Of a DNA stretch of 64,000 nt, positions 9,975 to 20,368 are shown piece after piece. The notes below the pieces were generated by a model that worked only from the letters and a program-made list of their open reading frames with translations, did no database searches and was not told the origin of the DNA. Position numbers and translations under genes: made by a program. Every line of letters begins with the position of its first letter. The stretch's first letter is position 1. Source of the DNA: Alphaproteobacteria bacterium (GTDB lineage Bacteria > Pseudomonadota > Alphaproteobacteria > UBA6615); the NCBI GenBank assembly GCA_965261975.1, contig CBDHEC010000024.1:32001-96000 (forward strand), in the 5' to 3' direction.

Positions 9975-11812
9975 GACGACCGCCGTTGCAAAATCGATGA
10001 CAGGCCGGCGAGGCCATGCGGCAGCACCACGACGAGCAGGATGATCAGAATGCCCAGACACAATTGCCAGAGATCGGTCAGGCGCGTCAGCTCGGTCTCG
10101 ATCTCCGTCAGCGCAATCGCCCCCAAAATGGGCCCGGCCAGTGACTGCAACCCGCCGAGCAGCACCATCACCAGCCCGTCGACCGAGGTGGAGACAAACA
10201 GGACGTCGGGAAACACGCTGCCCTTGGCGAACGCAAAGAAGCCGCCCGCCACACCGGCTGCGGCACCCGCCAGCGTGAAAGCGAGCCATCGATGCCGGGT
10301 CACGTCCACCCCGATCGCGGCCGAGCGCAGGGCAGAATCGCGGGTCGCACGCAGCGTGTAGCCGAACGGGCTGTAAACCATGTGCCGCAATCCCCAGATC
10401 ACGGCCGCGCACACGGCGAAGGCCAGGTAATAAAAGACGACAGGATCTGCCGCCCAGTCGCTCGGCCAGACACCCAGTATGCCGTTGTCACCGCCCGTGA
10501 AGCCGATCCACTGGAACGCGGCCGACCAGGCGATCTGCGCGAAGGCCAGCGTCAGCATCGCCATATAGATGCCCGACAGCCGCACGCAGAACCAGCCGAA
10601 CAAAAGCGCGCCGGCCGCCCCCGCCAGCGGCGCCAGCAACAACGCCGGGGCCATCCCCAGCGACAGGTGGAACACCGCCAGGCCCGACCCATACGCCCCG
10701 AGCCCGAAATAGGCCGCATGGCCGAAGGTGATCAGCCCGCCGCCCCAGAGAAGGAAATGCAGGCTCGCGGCGAACAGGGCCAGGATCGCGATCTCGGTCA
10801 GCACCACGATCGTGAAATCGCCGATGATCAACGGGGCTGCCACCCCCACGACCAGCAAGGCCAACCAGAAGACCCGGCTGAGACCATCGCCGGCCCGCAA
10901 CGGCGGATCGGGGTTGCGCCGGTCCTCGGCCGTCGTGAACTCCGGCCGCCCGAAAAGTCCGCTCGGCTTCAATACCAGCGTGACCGCCATCACCAGGAAG
11001 ATCAGGACCAGCGTGATCTCGGGAAATATCACCACGCCGAAGGCGAGTAATTCACTGATCAGCACGGCCGCAACGAAGGCGCCCATGATGGACCCCATAC
11101 CGCCGACCACGACGACGACAAATGCATCGACGATGATGTTCAGATCCATCGACAGGCTCGCCGCCTGACGCGGAATCTGCAGCGCACCACCCAGCCCGGC
11201 CAGTGCCGCGCCGAGTATGAAGGCGCCGGTGAACAGCCAGCGTTGATCAATGCCGAGTGCGGCGACCATTTCGCGATCCTCGGTCGCCGCGCGCACAAGC
11301 ACGCCAAACCTCGTATGCCGAAACAACGCCCACAGGCCGCCGAGGACGACAAACGCGATGGCGATCAGAAACAGGTCATACTCGGGAACCGCATGACCGA
11401 GGATCTCGATGGCGCCATCGAGGCCGGGCATGCGCGGCGCAAAAAGATCATCCGCACCCCAGACAATCCGCGTCAGGTCCTGAACAGCGAGCACGACCCC
11501 GAATGTCGCGAGCAGCTGGAACAGTTCGGGGGCACGGTAGATCCGCCGCAGCAGGCCGGTCTCCATAACCGCGCCCAGGCCACCGACAATAATCGCGGCA
11601 AGCAGGATCGCCGCGAGGTAGCCGAGGAAAGTGTCACCGAACGCGGCGGCGAAGCTGAACGCGAGATAGGCGCCGAGCATATAGAGCGAGCCGTGTGCGA
11701 AATTGACGACCCGGGTGACCCCGAACACGATCGACAACCCGACCGCGATCAGGAACAGGGACGCTGCACTGGCCAGTCCCGTGATCGCCTGGACGACAAT
11801 AAAGCTCAACAC
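9971..11812 (-). CDS. Fused LivH-LivM ABC permease
   Basis: N-half has VVNFAHG and VVVGGMGS (LivH); C-half has TFGHAAYFGLGAY, MLTLAFAQ and GGDNG (LivM). Confidence 0.92.
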   Translation of the reverse strand: MLSFIVVQAITGLASAASLFLIAVGLSIVFGVTRVVNFAHGSLYMLGAYLAFSFAAAFGDTFLGYLAAILLAAIIVGGLGAVMETGLLRRIYRAPELFQLLATFGVVLAVQDLTRIVWGADDLFAPRMPGLDGAIEILGHAVPEYDLFLIAIAFVVLGGLWALFRHTRFGVLVRAATEDREMVAALGIDQRWLFTGAFILGAALAGLGGALQIPRQAASLSMDLNIIVDAFVVVVVGGMGSIMGAFVAAVLISELLAFGVVIFPEITLVLIFLVMAVTLVLKPSGLFGRPEFTTAEDRRNPDPPLRAGDGLSRVFWLALLVVGVAAPLIIGDFTIVVLTEIAILALFAASLHFLLWGGGLITFGHAAYFGLGAYGSGLAVFHLSLGMAPALLLAPLAGAAGALLFGWFCVRLSGIYMAMLTLAFAQIAWSAAFQWIGFTGGDNGILGVWPSDWAADPVVFYYLAFAVCAAVIWGLRHMVYSPFGYTLRATRDSALRSAAIGVDVTRHRWLAFTLAGAAAGVAGGFFAFAKGSVFPDVLFVSTSVDGLVMVLLGGLQSLAGPILGAIALTEIETELTRLTDLWQLCLGILIILLVVVLPHGLAGLSSILQRRSS

Positions 11813-11875
11813 ATCCTCCGGCGCCGTGGCCTGTCCAGGCGCCGCTCCCCCGGGCTGGCGGGGCGACCCGTGACG

Positions 11876-13096
11876 TTACTTGGCGGTTCGAAGTTTACGG
11901 ACCGTCGCGTCGTCGGGCAGATAGTCGGCGCCATTCGCATAGCGGAAATCCACCATGACGCCCTTCCCGTCAACCTTTGCGGTACGCCCCACATAAGCGC
12001 CCATCGTCGATTGATGGTCGATCGCGCGATAGGTGATCGGGCCGAACGGCGTGTCGAGCTCGAGATCCTTCATCGCCGCGACCATCGCATCGGTCTCGCT
12101 CGAGCCGGCCTTCTCGAGCATGGCGGCGATCGTCAGGATCGTGTTGTAACCGACGATCGAGCCCGCCCGCGGGTAATCGTTGAACCGCTTGCTGTAGGCG
12201 TCGAGAAAAGCCTTGTGCCCGGCATCATCGATCAACTGCCAGGGATATCCGGTAACGATCCAGCCCTCCGGCGCCTCGCCCTTGAGCGCGTCGAGATACT
12301 CCGGCTCCCCCGTCAACAGGCTGACCACCTCGCGGTCCTGGAACAGGCCACGCAATTGTCCCTCGCGCACGAACTTCGCCAGGTCGATCGAGAAGGTCAC
12401 GTTGAAGATCGCATCGGGCTTGGCCTGGGCAATCGCCTGCACGGTCGCACCCGCATCAAGCTTGAACAGCGCCGGCCACTGCTGGCCGACGAACTCGACG
12501 TCCGGGCGCAAACTCTTGAGCACATCCTGGAAGGCCTTCACCGCCGACTGACCATATTCATAGTTCGGTGCAACCGTCGCCCAGCGCTTTGCCGGCAGCT
12601 TGGCCGCCTCCTCGGCGAGCATCGCGGCCTGCATATAGGTCGAGGGACGCAGCCGGAACGTATAGTCGTTCCCCTTCGCCCAAACGATGGCGTCCGACAG
12701 GGGCTCCGAGGCGACGAACAAAACCTTGTTGCGCGCGGCAAAGTCGGCCACCGCGAGACCTATATGCGACAGGAACGTGCCGGCGATCAGGTCGACCTTC
12801 TCACGCCGCACGAGTTCCTCGGCAAACTTCACCGCGTCAGCGGGTTTCGCGCCGTCGTCGCGCGAGATGACCTCGAGCTTGCGGCCCAGCACGCCGCCAT
12901 TCGCGTTGACCTGCTCGACCGCGAGTTGCCAGCCGTTGCGGTAGGGCACGGTGAAGGAGGCCAGCGGACCGGTGTAGCTGTTGATCTCGCCAATCCGGAT
13001 CGGATCCTGCTGGGCCTGGACGACTGGCGCGGATGTCAGGGCCAGCAATGCCGCAGCGGCGGCGATGAAATAGTTGCGAAAGCGCATGCGCAGCAT
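11876..13096 (-). CDS. ABC transporter substrate-binding protein (PBP1/LivJ-like)
   Basis: Signal peptide, IRIGEINSY, NANGGVLGRKLE.I.RDD, FRLRPSTYMQ, NYEYG. Confidence 0.92.
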   Translation of the reverse strand: MLRMRFRNYFIAAAAALLALTSAPVVQAQQDPIRIGEINSYTGPLASFTVPYRNGWQLAVEQVNANGGVLGRKLEVISRDDGAKPADAVKFAEELVRREKVDLIAGTFLSHIGLAVADFAARNKVLFVASEPLSDAIVWAKGNDYTFRLRPSTYMQAAMLAEEAAKLPAKRWATVAPNYEYGQSAVKAFQDVLKSLRPDVEFVGQQWPALFKLDAGATVQAIAQAKPDAIFNVTFSIDLAKFVREGQLRGLFQDREVVSLLTGEPEYLDALKGEAPEGWIVTGYPWQLIDDAGHKAFLDAYSKRFNDYPRAGSIVGYNTILTIAAMLEKAGSSETDAMVAAMKDLELDTPFGPITYRAIDHQSTMGAYVGRTAKVDGKGVMVDFRYANGADYLPDDATVRKLRTAK

Positions 13097-13340
13097 GGTC
13101 GCGGTCTCCTGTGCAATCGGTGGCAAGTTGCGACGCGTTGATCGCGTCCTTCCGTTCCCTTGAAATCGGTGGATCACGACCCACCGGCCAGACACATATA
13201 CTCAATGTGAGATCAAGGTTCAACGACAATCGGATACCCTGCGAATCGCGCGCGCGGATACCCTCCAAATCAGTTGGCGAGATGGGATGGCAGACGCCAA
13301 TCGGTTTGGATATAGTCCAGCCGAGTTCTAGGGAGGAATC

Positions 13341-14642
13341 ATGACAATCAATGTTGCCGTCATCGGCGCAGGGCCGAGCGGATTTTACACGGTCGATGCC
13401 TTGCTCAAGGGCGATCAAGACGTCCGGGTCGATATCATCGAACGTTTGCCGACACCCTTCGGATTGATCCGTGGTGGTGTCGCACCGGATCACCAGACAA
13501 CGAAAAAAGTTGCCCGCGTCTATGAAAAGACAGCGTTGCGTGACGGTGTCGGTTATTACGGCAACGTCGAGGTCGGCCGCGATGTCACGATGGCGGAGTT
13601 GCAGGAGATGTACGACGCAGTCGTGCTGGCCGTCGGCGCACCGCGCGATCGCAAGCTTGGAATCCCCGGCGAGGACAAGACGGGCGTTTTCGGCTCGGCC
13701 GACTTCGTGGGCTGGTACAACGGGCATCCCGACTTCACGGACCTGCAGCCGGACTTGAACACCGGCACGGTGGTTGTCATCGGCCAGGGCAATGTCGCCG
13801 TCGACGTCGCCCGGGTGCTGGTCAAGACGCCGGAAGAAATGACCGAGACCGATATTGCCGATCACGCGGCCGACGCCGTCGAGGCCTCGCCCATCGCCGA
13901 CGTGTATATGGTCGGTCGGCGCGGCCCGATCGAAGCGAAGTTCACGAATGTCGAACTGCGCGAGATGGGCAAGTTGGACGATTGTCAGCCTGTCATCGAT
14001 CCGGGCCAGCTGCCCGACGAGGTCACCGGCGACTGGTCCGATCGGGACAAGCGCCTCAAGGACCGCAACCTCGCGACGATGAAGGAATTTCCCGACGTCG
14101 ACCCGGCGGGCAAGTCGAAGCGCGTCCATTTCACCTTCTATGCGAAACCGATCGAGATTCTCGGCGGCGACAAGGTGGAAGGCATCCGGATGGAACACAC
14201 CCGTGTCGAGGATGGTCGCTCGGTGGGAACCGGCGAATTTTTCGAAATCGAATGTGGCCTGGTCATTCCGGCGATCGGCTATTTCTCCGATCCGTTCCCC
14301 GGCGTGCCGTTCGACGCCGATAACGGCATCGTGGTGCATGACGAGGGCCGGGTCAGCGACGGCGTCTATGCGGTCGGCTGGATCAAGCGCGGTCCGACCG
14401 GCGTGATCGGCACCAACAAGCCCGACGGAGACATCGCCGCGACGCAGATCTTCGAGGACATCGCGGACGGTACGAAGCCCGGCCGCGAGGCGCTGGAAGC
14501 ATTGCTGAAGGACCGCGATGTTCGCTGTCTGACCTATCAGGACTGGCAGACAATCGACGCCGCCGAAGTGGCGGCGGCGAAGCCTGGCGCGCCACGGCGG
14601 AAATTCGTGACCATCGACACGATGATCGACGCTCTTGACTGA
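13341..14642 (+). CDS. Ferredoxin--NADP+ reductase, adrenodoxin reductase/FprA type
   Basis: GAGPSG, PFGLIRGGVAPDH, FVGWYNGHP, GQGNVAVD, GRRGP, GWIKRGPTGVIGTN. Confidence 0.92.
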   Translation: MTINVAVIGAGPSGFYTVDALLKGDQDVRVDIIERLPTPFGLIRGGVAPDHQTTKKVARVYEKTALRDGVGYYGNVEVGRDVTMAELQEMYDAVVLAVGAPRDRKLGIPGEDKTGVFGSADFVGWYNGHPDFTDLQPDLNTGTVVVIGQGNVAVDVARVLVKTPEEMTETDIADHAADAVEASPIADVYMVGRRGPIEAKFTNVELREMGKLDDCQPVIDPGQLPDEVTGDWSDRDKRLKDRNLATMKEFPDVDPAGKSKRVHFTFYAKPIEILGGDKVEGIRMEHTRVEDGRSVGTGEFFEIECGLVIPAIGYFSDPFPGVPFDADNGIVVHDEGRVSDGVYAVGWIKRGPTGVIGTNKPDGDIAATQIFEDIADGTKPGREALEALLKDRDVRCLTYQDWQTIDAAEVAAAKPGAPRRKFVTIDTMIDALD

Positions 14643-14793
14643 CTGGCAAAACACCTTAGTTGGGCCTTTAAGGCACCAGTTTATGCTTGAAACGAGCACA
14701 CAGGCGGATGAATGTAGCGCCGCGCAACGAGACGTGCGTGCATCCGAACATTAATCTGAATTCAAAGCCGAGTTTACGGGAAGGAAATACCCG

Positions 14794-16662
14794 ATGTCTG
14801 AGGTAGCGGCCGTCGAAAGGCCGGAAGAGAAACGCCACGAAATTGAATCCGCGGTTGTAAGATTCGCAGGTGATTCCGGTGACGGCATGCAGCTCACCGG
14901 CAGCCAGTTCACCATGACCGCGGCAATCGCCGGCAACGACCTGGCCACCTTCCCCGATTTCCCCGCCGAGATTCGCGCCCCTGCGGGCACGACCTTCGGC
15001 GTCTCGGCGTTCCAGATTAATTTTGGTGCCCGCAAGATCATGACCTCGGGCGACCTGCTCGACGTGCTGGTGGTGATGAACCCCGCCGCACTCGTGACCA
15101 ATCTCGCGGACGTGAAACCGAACGGCATCGTCATCGCCGATTCCGGCGCCTTCACCGACCGCAACCTGACCAAGGCGGGCTACACGGAAAACCCGCTCGA
15201 GAATGACAGCCTCGACGGCTACCGGCTGGTCAAGATCGACATGTCCCGCCTCACCGTCGAAGCGGTCAAGGAATTCGGGCTGTCCAACAAGGAAGCGCTG
15301 CGCTCCAAGAACATGTGGGCGCTCGGCCTCGTTTATTGGATGTACGGCCGCAAGCGGCAGGCCTCGGTCGACTGGCTCGAAGCGAAGTTCGCCAAGAACC
15401 CGGATGTCGCCAAGGCGAATATCGCGGCGCTCAATGCCGGCCACGCCTTCGGCGAGACCGCCGAGATGCCGGCCGAGCTGGGCACCTTCGATGTCGAGCC
15501 GGCCAAGATCGAACCCGGCCTGTATCGGACGATCACAGGTGCAGAATCGGTCTCCCTCGGGCTGCTCGCAGGCTCCCTGCTCGCCGATCTGAAGATCGCC
15601 TTCTGCTCCTACCCGATCACGCCGGCCTCTGCCCTGCTGCATCAGCTGGCGCGGATGAAGGAGTTCGGCGTCGTGACCTTCCAGGCGGAAGACGAGATCG
15701 CCGCCGCCGCGGCCGCCATCGGGGCCTCCTATGCCGGCTCACTGGGCATCACCTCGAGCTCCGGCCCGGGCATCGCGCTCAAGATGGAGGCAATCGGCCT
15801 GGCCATCGCCACCGAGCTTCCCCTGGTCGTGATCAACTCCCAGCGCGCAGGTCCGTCGACCGGGCTGCCAACCAAGACCGAACAATCGGACCTGTATCAG
15901 GCCGTATATGGCCGCAACGGCGATGCGCCGATGCCGGTGATTTCGGTCTCGACGCCGTCCGACGGGTATGAGGTGGCCATCGAGGCCATCCGTATCGCGA
16001 CGAAATACATGACCCCGGTCATGGTCCTGACGGATGGCTACATCACCAATGCATCCGAACCCTGGCTGATCCCCGACGCGGACGATGCCGAGCGCTTCGA
16101 CGTCAGTTTCCGCACCGATCCGGAGAACTTCCAACCCTTCATGCGCGACGACGAAACCCTCGCGCGTCCTTGGGTCAAGCCGGGCACGCCGGACCTGATG
16201 CATCGGATCGGCGGCATCGAGCGCTCCTACGACAGCGGTCATATTTCCTACGATCCGGAAAACCATCAGAAGATGACCGATGTGCGCGCCGCGAAGGTGC
16301 TCGGGATCGCCGACGACATTCCCGAACAGACGGTCAGTGTCGGTGAGGCCGGCGCCAAGCTCGCGGTCGTGGGCTGGGGCTCGACCTACGGGCCGATCAA
16401 CCGCGCCGTCAACAACATGCGCGACGATGGGCTGGACGTGGCACAGATTCACCTGCGCTACATCTGGCCGCTGCCGCGCAACCTCGAGGCACTTCTCGGC
16501 ACCTTCGACCAGATCCTGGTGCCGGAAATGAACACCGGTCAGTTGCGCACCCTGTTGCGTGACCAGTTCCTCTTGCCCGCTGAAGGGCTCAACAAAGTCA
16601 ACGGCAAGCCGTTCCTCATCGGAGAGCTTGAAGACGCAATCCGCGCCCGGCTGGAGAAGTAG
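14794..16662 (+). CDS. korA: 2-oxoacid:ferredoxin oxidoreductase alpha subunit (fused gamma-alpha, KorA-like)
   Basis: VRFAGDSGDGMQLTG, YPITPAS, QAEDEIA, SSGPG, QRAGPSTGLPTKTEQSD. Confidence 0.93.
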   Translation: MSEVAAVERPEEKRHEIESAVVRFAGDSGDGMQLTGSQFTMTAAIAGNDLATFPDFPAEIRAPAGTTFGVSAFQINFGARKIMTSGDLLDVLVVMNPAALVTNLADVKPNGIVIADSGAFTDRNLTKAGYTENPLENDSLDGYRLVKIDMSRLTVEAVKEFGLSNKEALRSKNMWALGLVYWMYGRKRQASVDWLEAKFAKNPDVAKANIAALNAGHAFGETAEMPAELGTFDVEPAKIEPGLYRTITGAESVSLGLLAGSLLADLKIAFCSYPITPASALLHQLARMKEFGVVTFQAEDEIAAAAAAIGASYAGSLGITSSSGPGIALKMEAIGLAIATELPLVVINSQRAGPSTGLPTKTEQSDLYQAVYGRNGDAPMPVISVSTPSDGYEVAIEAIRIATKYMTPVMVLTDGYITNASEPWLIPDADDAERFDVSFRTDPENFQPFMRDDETLARPWVKPGTPDLMHRIGGIERSYDSGHISYDPENHQKMTDVRAAKVLGIADDIPEQTVSVGEAGAKLAVVGWGSTYGPINRAVNNMRDDGLDVAQIHLRYIWPLPRNLEALLGTFDQILVPEMNTGQLRTLLRDQFLLPAEGLNKVNGKPFLIGELEDAIRARLEK

Positions 16663-16663
16663 A

Positions 16664-17689
16664 ATGAACGTCCAAAGCCCCCCGGAAAAACTGACGGCCC
16701 GCGACTTCGCGACCGACCAGGAAGTTCGCTGGTGCCCTGGTTGTGGCGACTACGCCATCCTCAAGGGCGTCCAGAACACGCTGGCGCAGCTGGAAGCCGA
16801 CCCCAAGAACACGGTCTTCGTGTCTGGTATCGGCTGCGCGGCGCGCTTCCCTTATTACATGGAGACCTATGGTTTCCACACGATCCATGGCCGCTCGCCG
16901 GCGGTGGCGTCGGGCGTGAAGCTCGCCAACCCCGAGCTCGATGTCTGGGTCGTGGGCGGCGACGGCGACATGCTGTCGATCGGCGGCAACCACACAATGC
17001 ATGCGATCCGCCGCAACATCGACCTGCAGATCCTGCTCTTCAACAACCAGATCTACGGCTTGACCAAGGGTCAGTATTCGCCGACATCCAAGATCGGCAC
17101 CAAGTCGCCCTCGACCCCGCTCGGATCGATCGACAACCCGGTCTCGGCGGCCCAGTTCGCGCTCGGCGTGGGCGGCACCTTCATCGCCCGCTCCTCGGAC
17201 ATTCTGCAGAAGCATCTGCCCGAGGTCCTCAAACGTGCTTACAAGCACAAGGGTGCCTCCTTCGTTGAAATCTTCCAGAACTGCATCGTCTACAACGACG
17301 GTGCCTTCAAGCACTTCACCGAGAAGAGCGTTCAGGAAGAAATGCAGATTCATGTGGAGCATGGTGAGCCCCTACTCTTCGGCAAGGAGAAGTCGAAAGG
17401 CCTGATCCTGAACAAGGAGGAGATGCGCCTTGAGGTGGTCACGCTCGGCGAGAACGGCGTCACCCTCGACGATATTGCCATCCATGATGAGACCAACCGC
17501 GGCCTCGCCACGATGCTGGCCCAGATGGATCCGCCGAACTATCCGGTCGCACTCGGCGTTCTCTATGCCGAGCCTGCACCCACCTACGAGACTTCCGTGC
17601 ACACCCAGATCGAGCAGGCATCAAAAGATGCCGACAAGCCCGATATCAACAAACTGCTGCAGCGCGGTCAGACCTGGACTGTCGAGTAA
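16664..17689 (+). CDS. korB: 2-oxoacid:ferredoxin oxidoreductase beta subunit (KorB-like)
   Basis: WCPGCGD, SGIGC, TPP-binding GDGD...NNQIYGLTKGQ; start at ATG 16664. Confidence 0.93.
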   Translation: MNVQSPPEKLTARDFATDQEVRWCPGCGDYAILKGVQNTLAQLEADPKNTVFVSGIGCAARFPYYMETYGFHTIHGRSPAVASGVKLANPELDVWVVGGDGDMLSIGGNHTMHAIRRNIDLQILLFNNQIYGLTKGQYSPTSKIGTKSPSTPLGSIDNPVSAAQFALGVGGTFIARSSDILQKHLPEVLKRAYKHKGASFVEIFQNCIVYNDGAFKHFTEKSVQEEMQIHVEHGEPLLFGKEKSKGLILNKEEMRLEVVTLGENGVTLDDIAIHDETNRGLATMLAQMDPPNYPVALGVLYAEPAPTYETSVHTQIEQASKDADKPDINKLLQRGQTWTVE

Positions 17690-17712
17690 ACAGCGACACC
17701 GAGCAATAAGCC

Positions 17713-17746
17713 CGCCCGTCGGTCGCAATCCTGCGACCGATGGGCG
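17713..17746 (+). terminator. Strong hairpin after korB (terminator or mRNA-stabilising stem)
   Basis: CGCCCGTCGGTCGCA-atcc-TGCGACCGATGGGCG, 15-bp stem with one G-U pair; no clear U-tract on +. Confidence 0.55.
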
Positions 17747-17818
17747 CGGCGCCTTGCCCCCATCTCCATGACGCACCAGATTGACCCTGCACCGGATGCG
17801 GGCAACTGACGCGAGATC

Positions 17819-18874
17819 ATGACCACAACCAGTAACACCGAATTTACCGGCCCCCGCCAACGCGCCAATGACCTCGCCATTGGCCGGTGGCTGCTGCTCT
17901 GCGCCGGGATGGTTCTCGCCATGATCGTCATTGGCGGGATCACGCGGCTAACCGAATCCGGCCTTTCGATTGTCGACTGGCGTCCGGTCACGGGCTTCCT
18001 GCCGCCCCTTTCCGACGACGCCTGGGAGCGGGCCTTCCAGCTCTATCGGACGAGCCCGCAATATCTCGAGATCAACGCCGGCATGACGATGGCGGAGTTC
18101 CGCGAAATCTTCTGGTGGGAATATATCCACCGGGCCTGGGGCCGGCTGATCGGACTGGTCTTCTTCCTGCCCTTTGTCTGGTTCCTGATCCGCGGCCGGG
18201 TGCGGAAATCGCTGGTGCCGCGCCTGATCGGGTTGTTCCTGCTCGGCGGCGCGCAGGGGGTGCTTGGCTGGTACATGGTGCGCAGCGGCCTCGTCGATGT
18301 CCCCGAGGTCAGCCAGTACCGGCTCGCCGCACATCTGTCTCTCGCGTTCCTGATCTACGCCGCGCTCGTCTGGACGGGTCTCTCGCTGATCTACCCCGAC
18401 CCGGTCACGATTACCGATCGGATGGGCAGGCAAGTCCGGCGCTTGGCGCTGATCGCGCTGGTGCTGATCGCCGTGACAATCCTGTCGGGTGCGTTCGTCG
18501 CCGGCACCGATGCGGGCCTTATCTTCAACAGCTTCCCGCTGATCGAGGGCGCCATCCTGCCGCCGGACTATTTCAACCACCCCGCCGCGCCGTTCGAGGA
18601 TCACGGCACGGTCCAGTTTCACCATCGTGTACTGGCGCTCGTCAGCCTCGCCGCCGTGGCAACACTCTGGTGGCGCAGCCGCTGGCTGGCGCTGACACCC
18701 CGGGCACGCAGGGTCGTGAATGCGCTGATGATCGTTGCATTGCTTCAGGTCGCGCTCGGCATCACGACGCTGGTGCTCGTGGTCCCGATCCACGTCGCCG
18801 CCTGCCATCAGGCCGGCGCGGTTTTGCTGTTCACGATGATCTTGTGGTTCACCCACGAACTGCGTGGCCATTAA
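17819..18874 (+). CDS. ctaA: Heme A synthase, COX15/CtaA type 2
   Basis: GGITRLTESGLSI.DW, WWEYIHR.WGRLIG, QG.LGWYMV.SGL, VSQYRLAAHL, QFHHR, HQAGA. Confidence 0.95.
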   Translation: MTTTSNTEFTGPRQRANDLAIGRWLLLCAGMVLAMIVIGGITRLTESGLSIVDWRPVTGFLPPLSDDAWERAFQLYRTSPQYLEINAGMTMAEFREIFWWEYIHRAWGRLIGLVFFLPFVWFLIRGRVRKSLVPRLIGLFLLGGAQGVLGWYMVRSGLVDVPEVSQYRLAAHLSLAFLIYAALVWTGLSLIYPDPVTITDRMGRQVRRLALIALVLIAVTILSGAFVAGTDAGLIFNSFPLIEGAILPPDYFNHPAAPFEDHGTVQFHHRVLALVSLAAVATLWWRSRWLALTPRARRVVNALMIVALLQVALGITTLVLVVPIHVAACHQAGAVLLFTMILWFTHELRGH

Positions 18875-18904
18875 ACAGCCCGACCGGTTTGACTCAATCG
18901 AGGT

Positions 18905-20356
18905 TCAGGCGGTCTCGTTTCGGATCGACTTATAGGCGTCGAGCGCGCGGTTTCGCGCGGCTGCATGGTCAACCATCGGTTTCGGGTAACTCTCGCCGAG
19001 AACCACTCCCGCCACATCCAGCACTTGGCCCGGCGCCATCCAGGGTTTGTGAACCCACTTGTCGGGTAGATCGGCAAGCTCCGGAACCCAGCGCCGCACA
19101 TAATTGCCCGAAGGGTCGAACTTCTCGCCCTGGGTGATCGGATTGAAGATCCGGAAAAACGGCGAAGCGTCCGCCCCCGACCCCGCGACCCACTGCCAGT
19201 TGCAGGCGTTGTTTGCCAAATCTGCATCAACGAGCGTGTCCCAGAACCAGGCCTCGCCCGCGCGCCAGTCGATCATCAGGTCCTTGATCAGGAACGACGC
19301 AACGATCATGCGCACCCGGTTGTGCATGAAACCAGTGTACCAGAGTTCCCGTATGCCGGCGTCGACCAGCGGATAACCCGTCTCGCCGCGTTGCCACACC
19401 GCCAGGCCATCCGGGTCATCGCGCCAGGGGAACCGGTCGAAAAATTCGCGCCAGTTCGACGTCGCGATTCCGGGAAAATGAAACAGCAGGTGATGATTGA
19501 AGTCCCGCCATGCGAGCTCGCGCAACAACGCCTCGGCGCCCGCGGCGATTCCACCGCTCCTGTCCAGGTACGGGGCAGCCGCACGCCACACCCGATGCGG
19601 GCTGATCTCGCCGAAATGCAGATGGGGTGAAAGGCGTGAGGTCCCCGGCCGGTCGGGCCTGTCCCGATCGTTCGGATAGTCGGCCACAGCCTCGTCCAGA
19701 AACTCCGTCATTCGATCCAGCGCGGCGCGCTCCCCGACCCGCCAGCTCTCGCGAAGTCCACCCGCCCAGTCGGACCTGGAGGGCAGCAGCGCCCAATCGG
19801 CTATTTCGCCCGCCGCAACACTCCTCGCGGCAGGCAACCTGTCCGGCACATCGGCAATATCCGGTGCTTGATACAGCTCGCGCAGGCGCCGCCAATAGGG
19901 TGTGAACACCTTGTAGGGGCCGCCCTGCCCGGTCTCGATCTCCCAGGGCTCGATCAGCAGGGAACCATTGAAACTCTCTGCCTCGACCCCCGCTTCGCGC
20001 AGCATCGCCTTGACCGCCGTGTCCCGCGCGATCGACCCGGGCTCGTAGCACCGGTTCCAGACGACCTCGACCGCGTTCACTTCATCGATGAGCCGGGCCA
20101 GTTCCACCGCCGCGGCGCCCCGGCGCAGCACAAGCTGCAATCCACGATCACGCAGGTCGGACGACAGCGAGTCGAGACTATGGTGCAGCCACCAGCGCGA
20201 CGCGCCGCCCAGTTGGCGCATATCCGGGCTGTCCTCGTCCAGAATATAGAGCGGCAGGATCGGCCGGCCGGACACGACGGCGGCGGCCAGGGCCGGATTA
20301 TCGGCGAGGCGCAGATCCTGGCGGAACCAGACGATGACGGGGTTTTCGGAAGGCAT
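18905..20356 (-). CDS. phrB: Deoxyribodipyrimidine (CPD) photolyase
   Basis: WFRQDLRLADNPAL, TSRLSPHLHFGEIS, GETGYPLVDAG, MHNRVRM, WQWVAGSG.D, RIFNP. Confidence 0.95.
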   Translation of the reverse strand: MPSENPVIVWFRQDLRLADNPALAAAVVSGRPILPLYILDEDSPDMRQLGGASRWWLHHSLDSLSSDLRDRGLQLVLRRGAAAVELARLIDEVNAVEVVWNRCYEPGSIARDTAVKAMLREAGVEAESFNGSLLIEPWEIETGQGGPYKVFTPYWRRLRELYQAPDIADVPDRLPAARSVAAGEIADWALLPSRSDWAGGLRESWRVGERAALDRMTEFLDEAVADYPNDRDRPDRPGTSRLSPHLHFGEISPHRVWRAAAPYLDRSGGIAAGAEALLRELAWRDFNHHLLFHFPGIATSNWREFFDRFPWRDDPDGLAVWQRGETGYPLVDAGIRELWYTGFMHNRVRMIVASFLIKDLMIDWRAGEAWFWDTLVDADLANNACNWQWVAGSGADASPFFRIFNPITQGEKFDPSGNYVRRWVPELADLPDKWVHKPWMAPGQVLDVAGVVLGESYPKPMVDHAAARNRALDAYKSIRNETA

Positions 20357-20368
20357 GAACTTGGTACG

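Noticed and set aside
13231-13264. Direct repeat CGGATACCCT x2 upstream of the FNR gene
   Set aside because: Only two 10-mers with no recognisable regulator motif; insufficient evidence.
11243-14699. Long antisense ORFs (632 aa and 620 aa) opposite the SBP and FNR genes
   Set aside because: Shadow frames with no domain signatures; the opposite strands encode well-recognised proteins.
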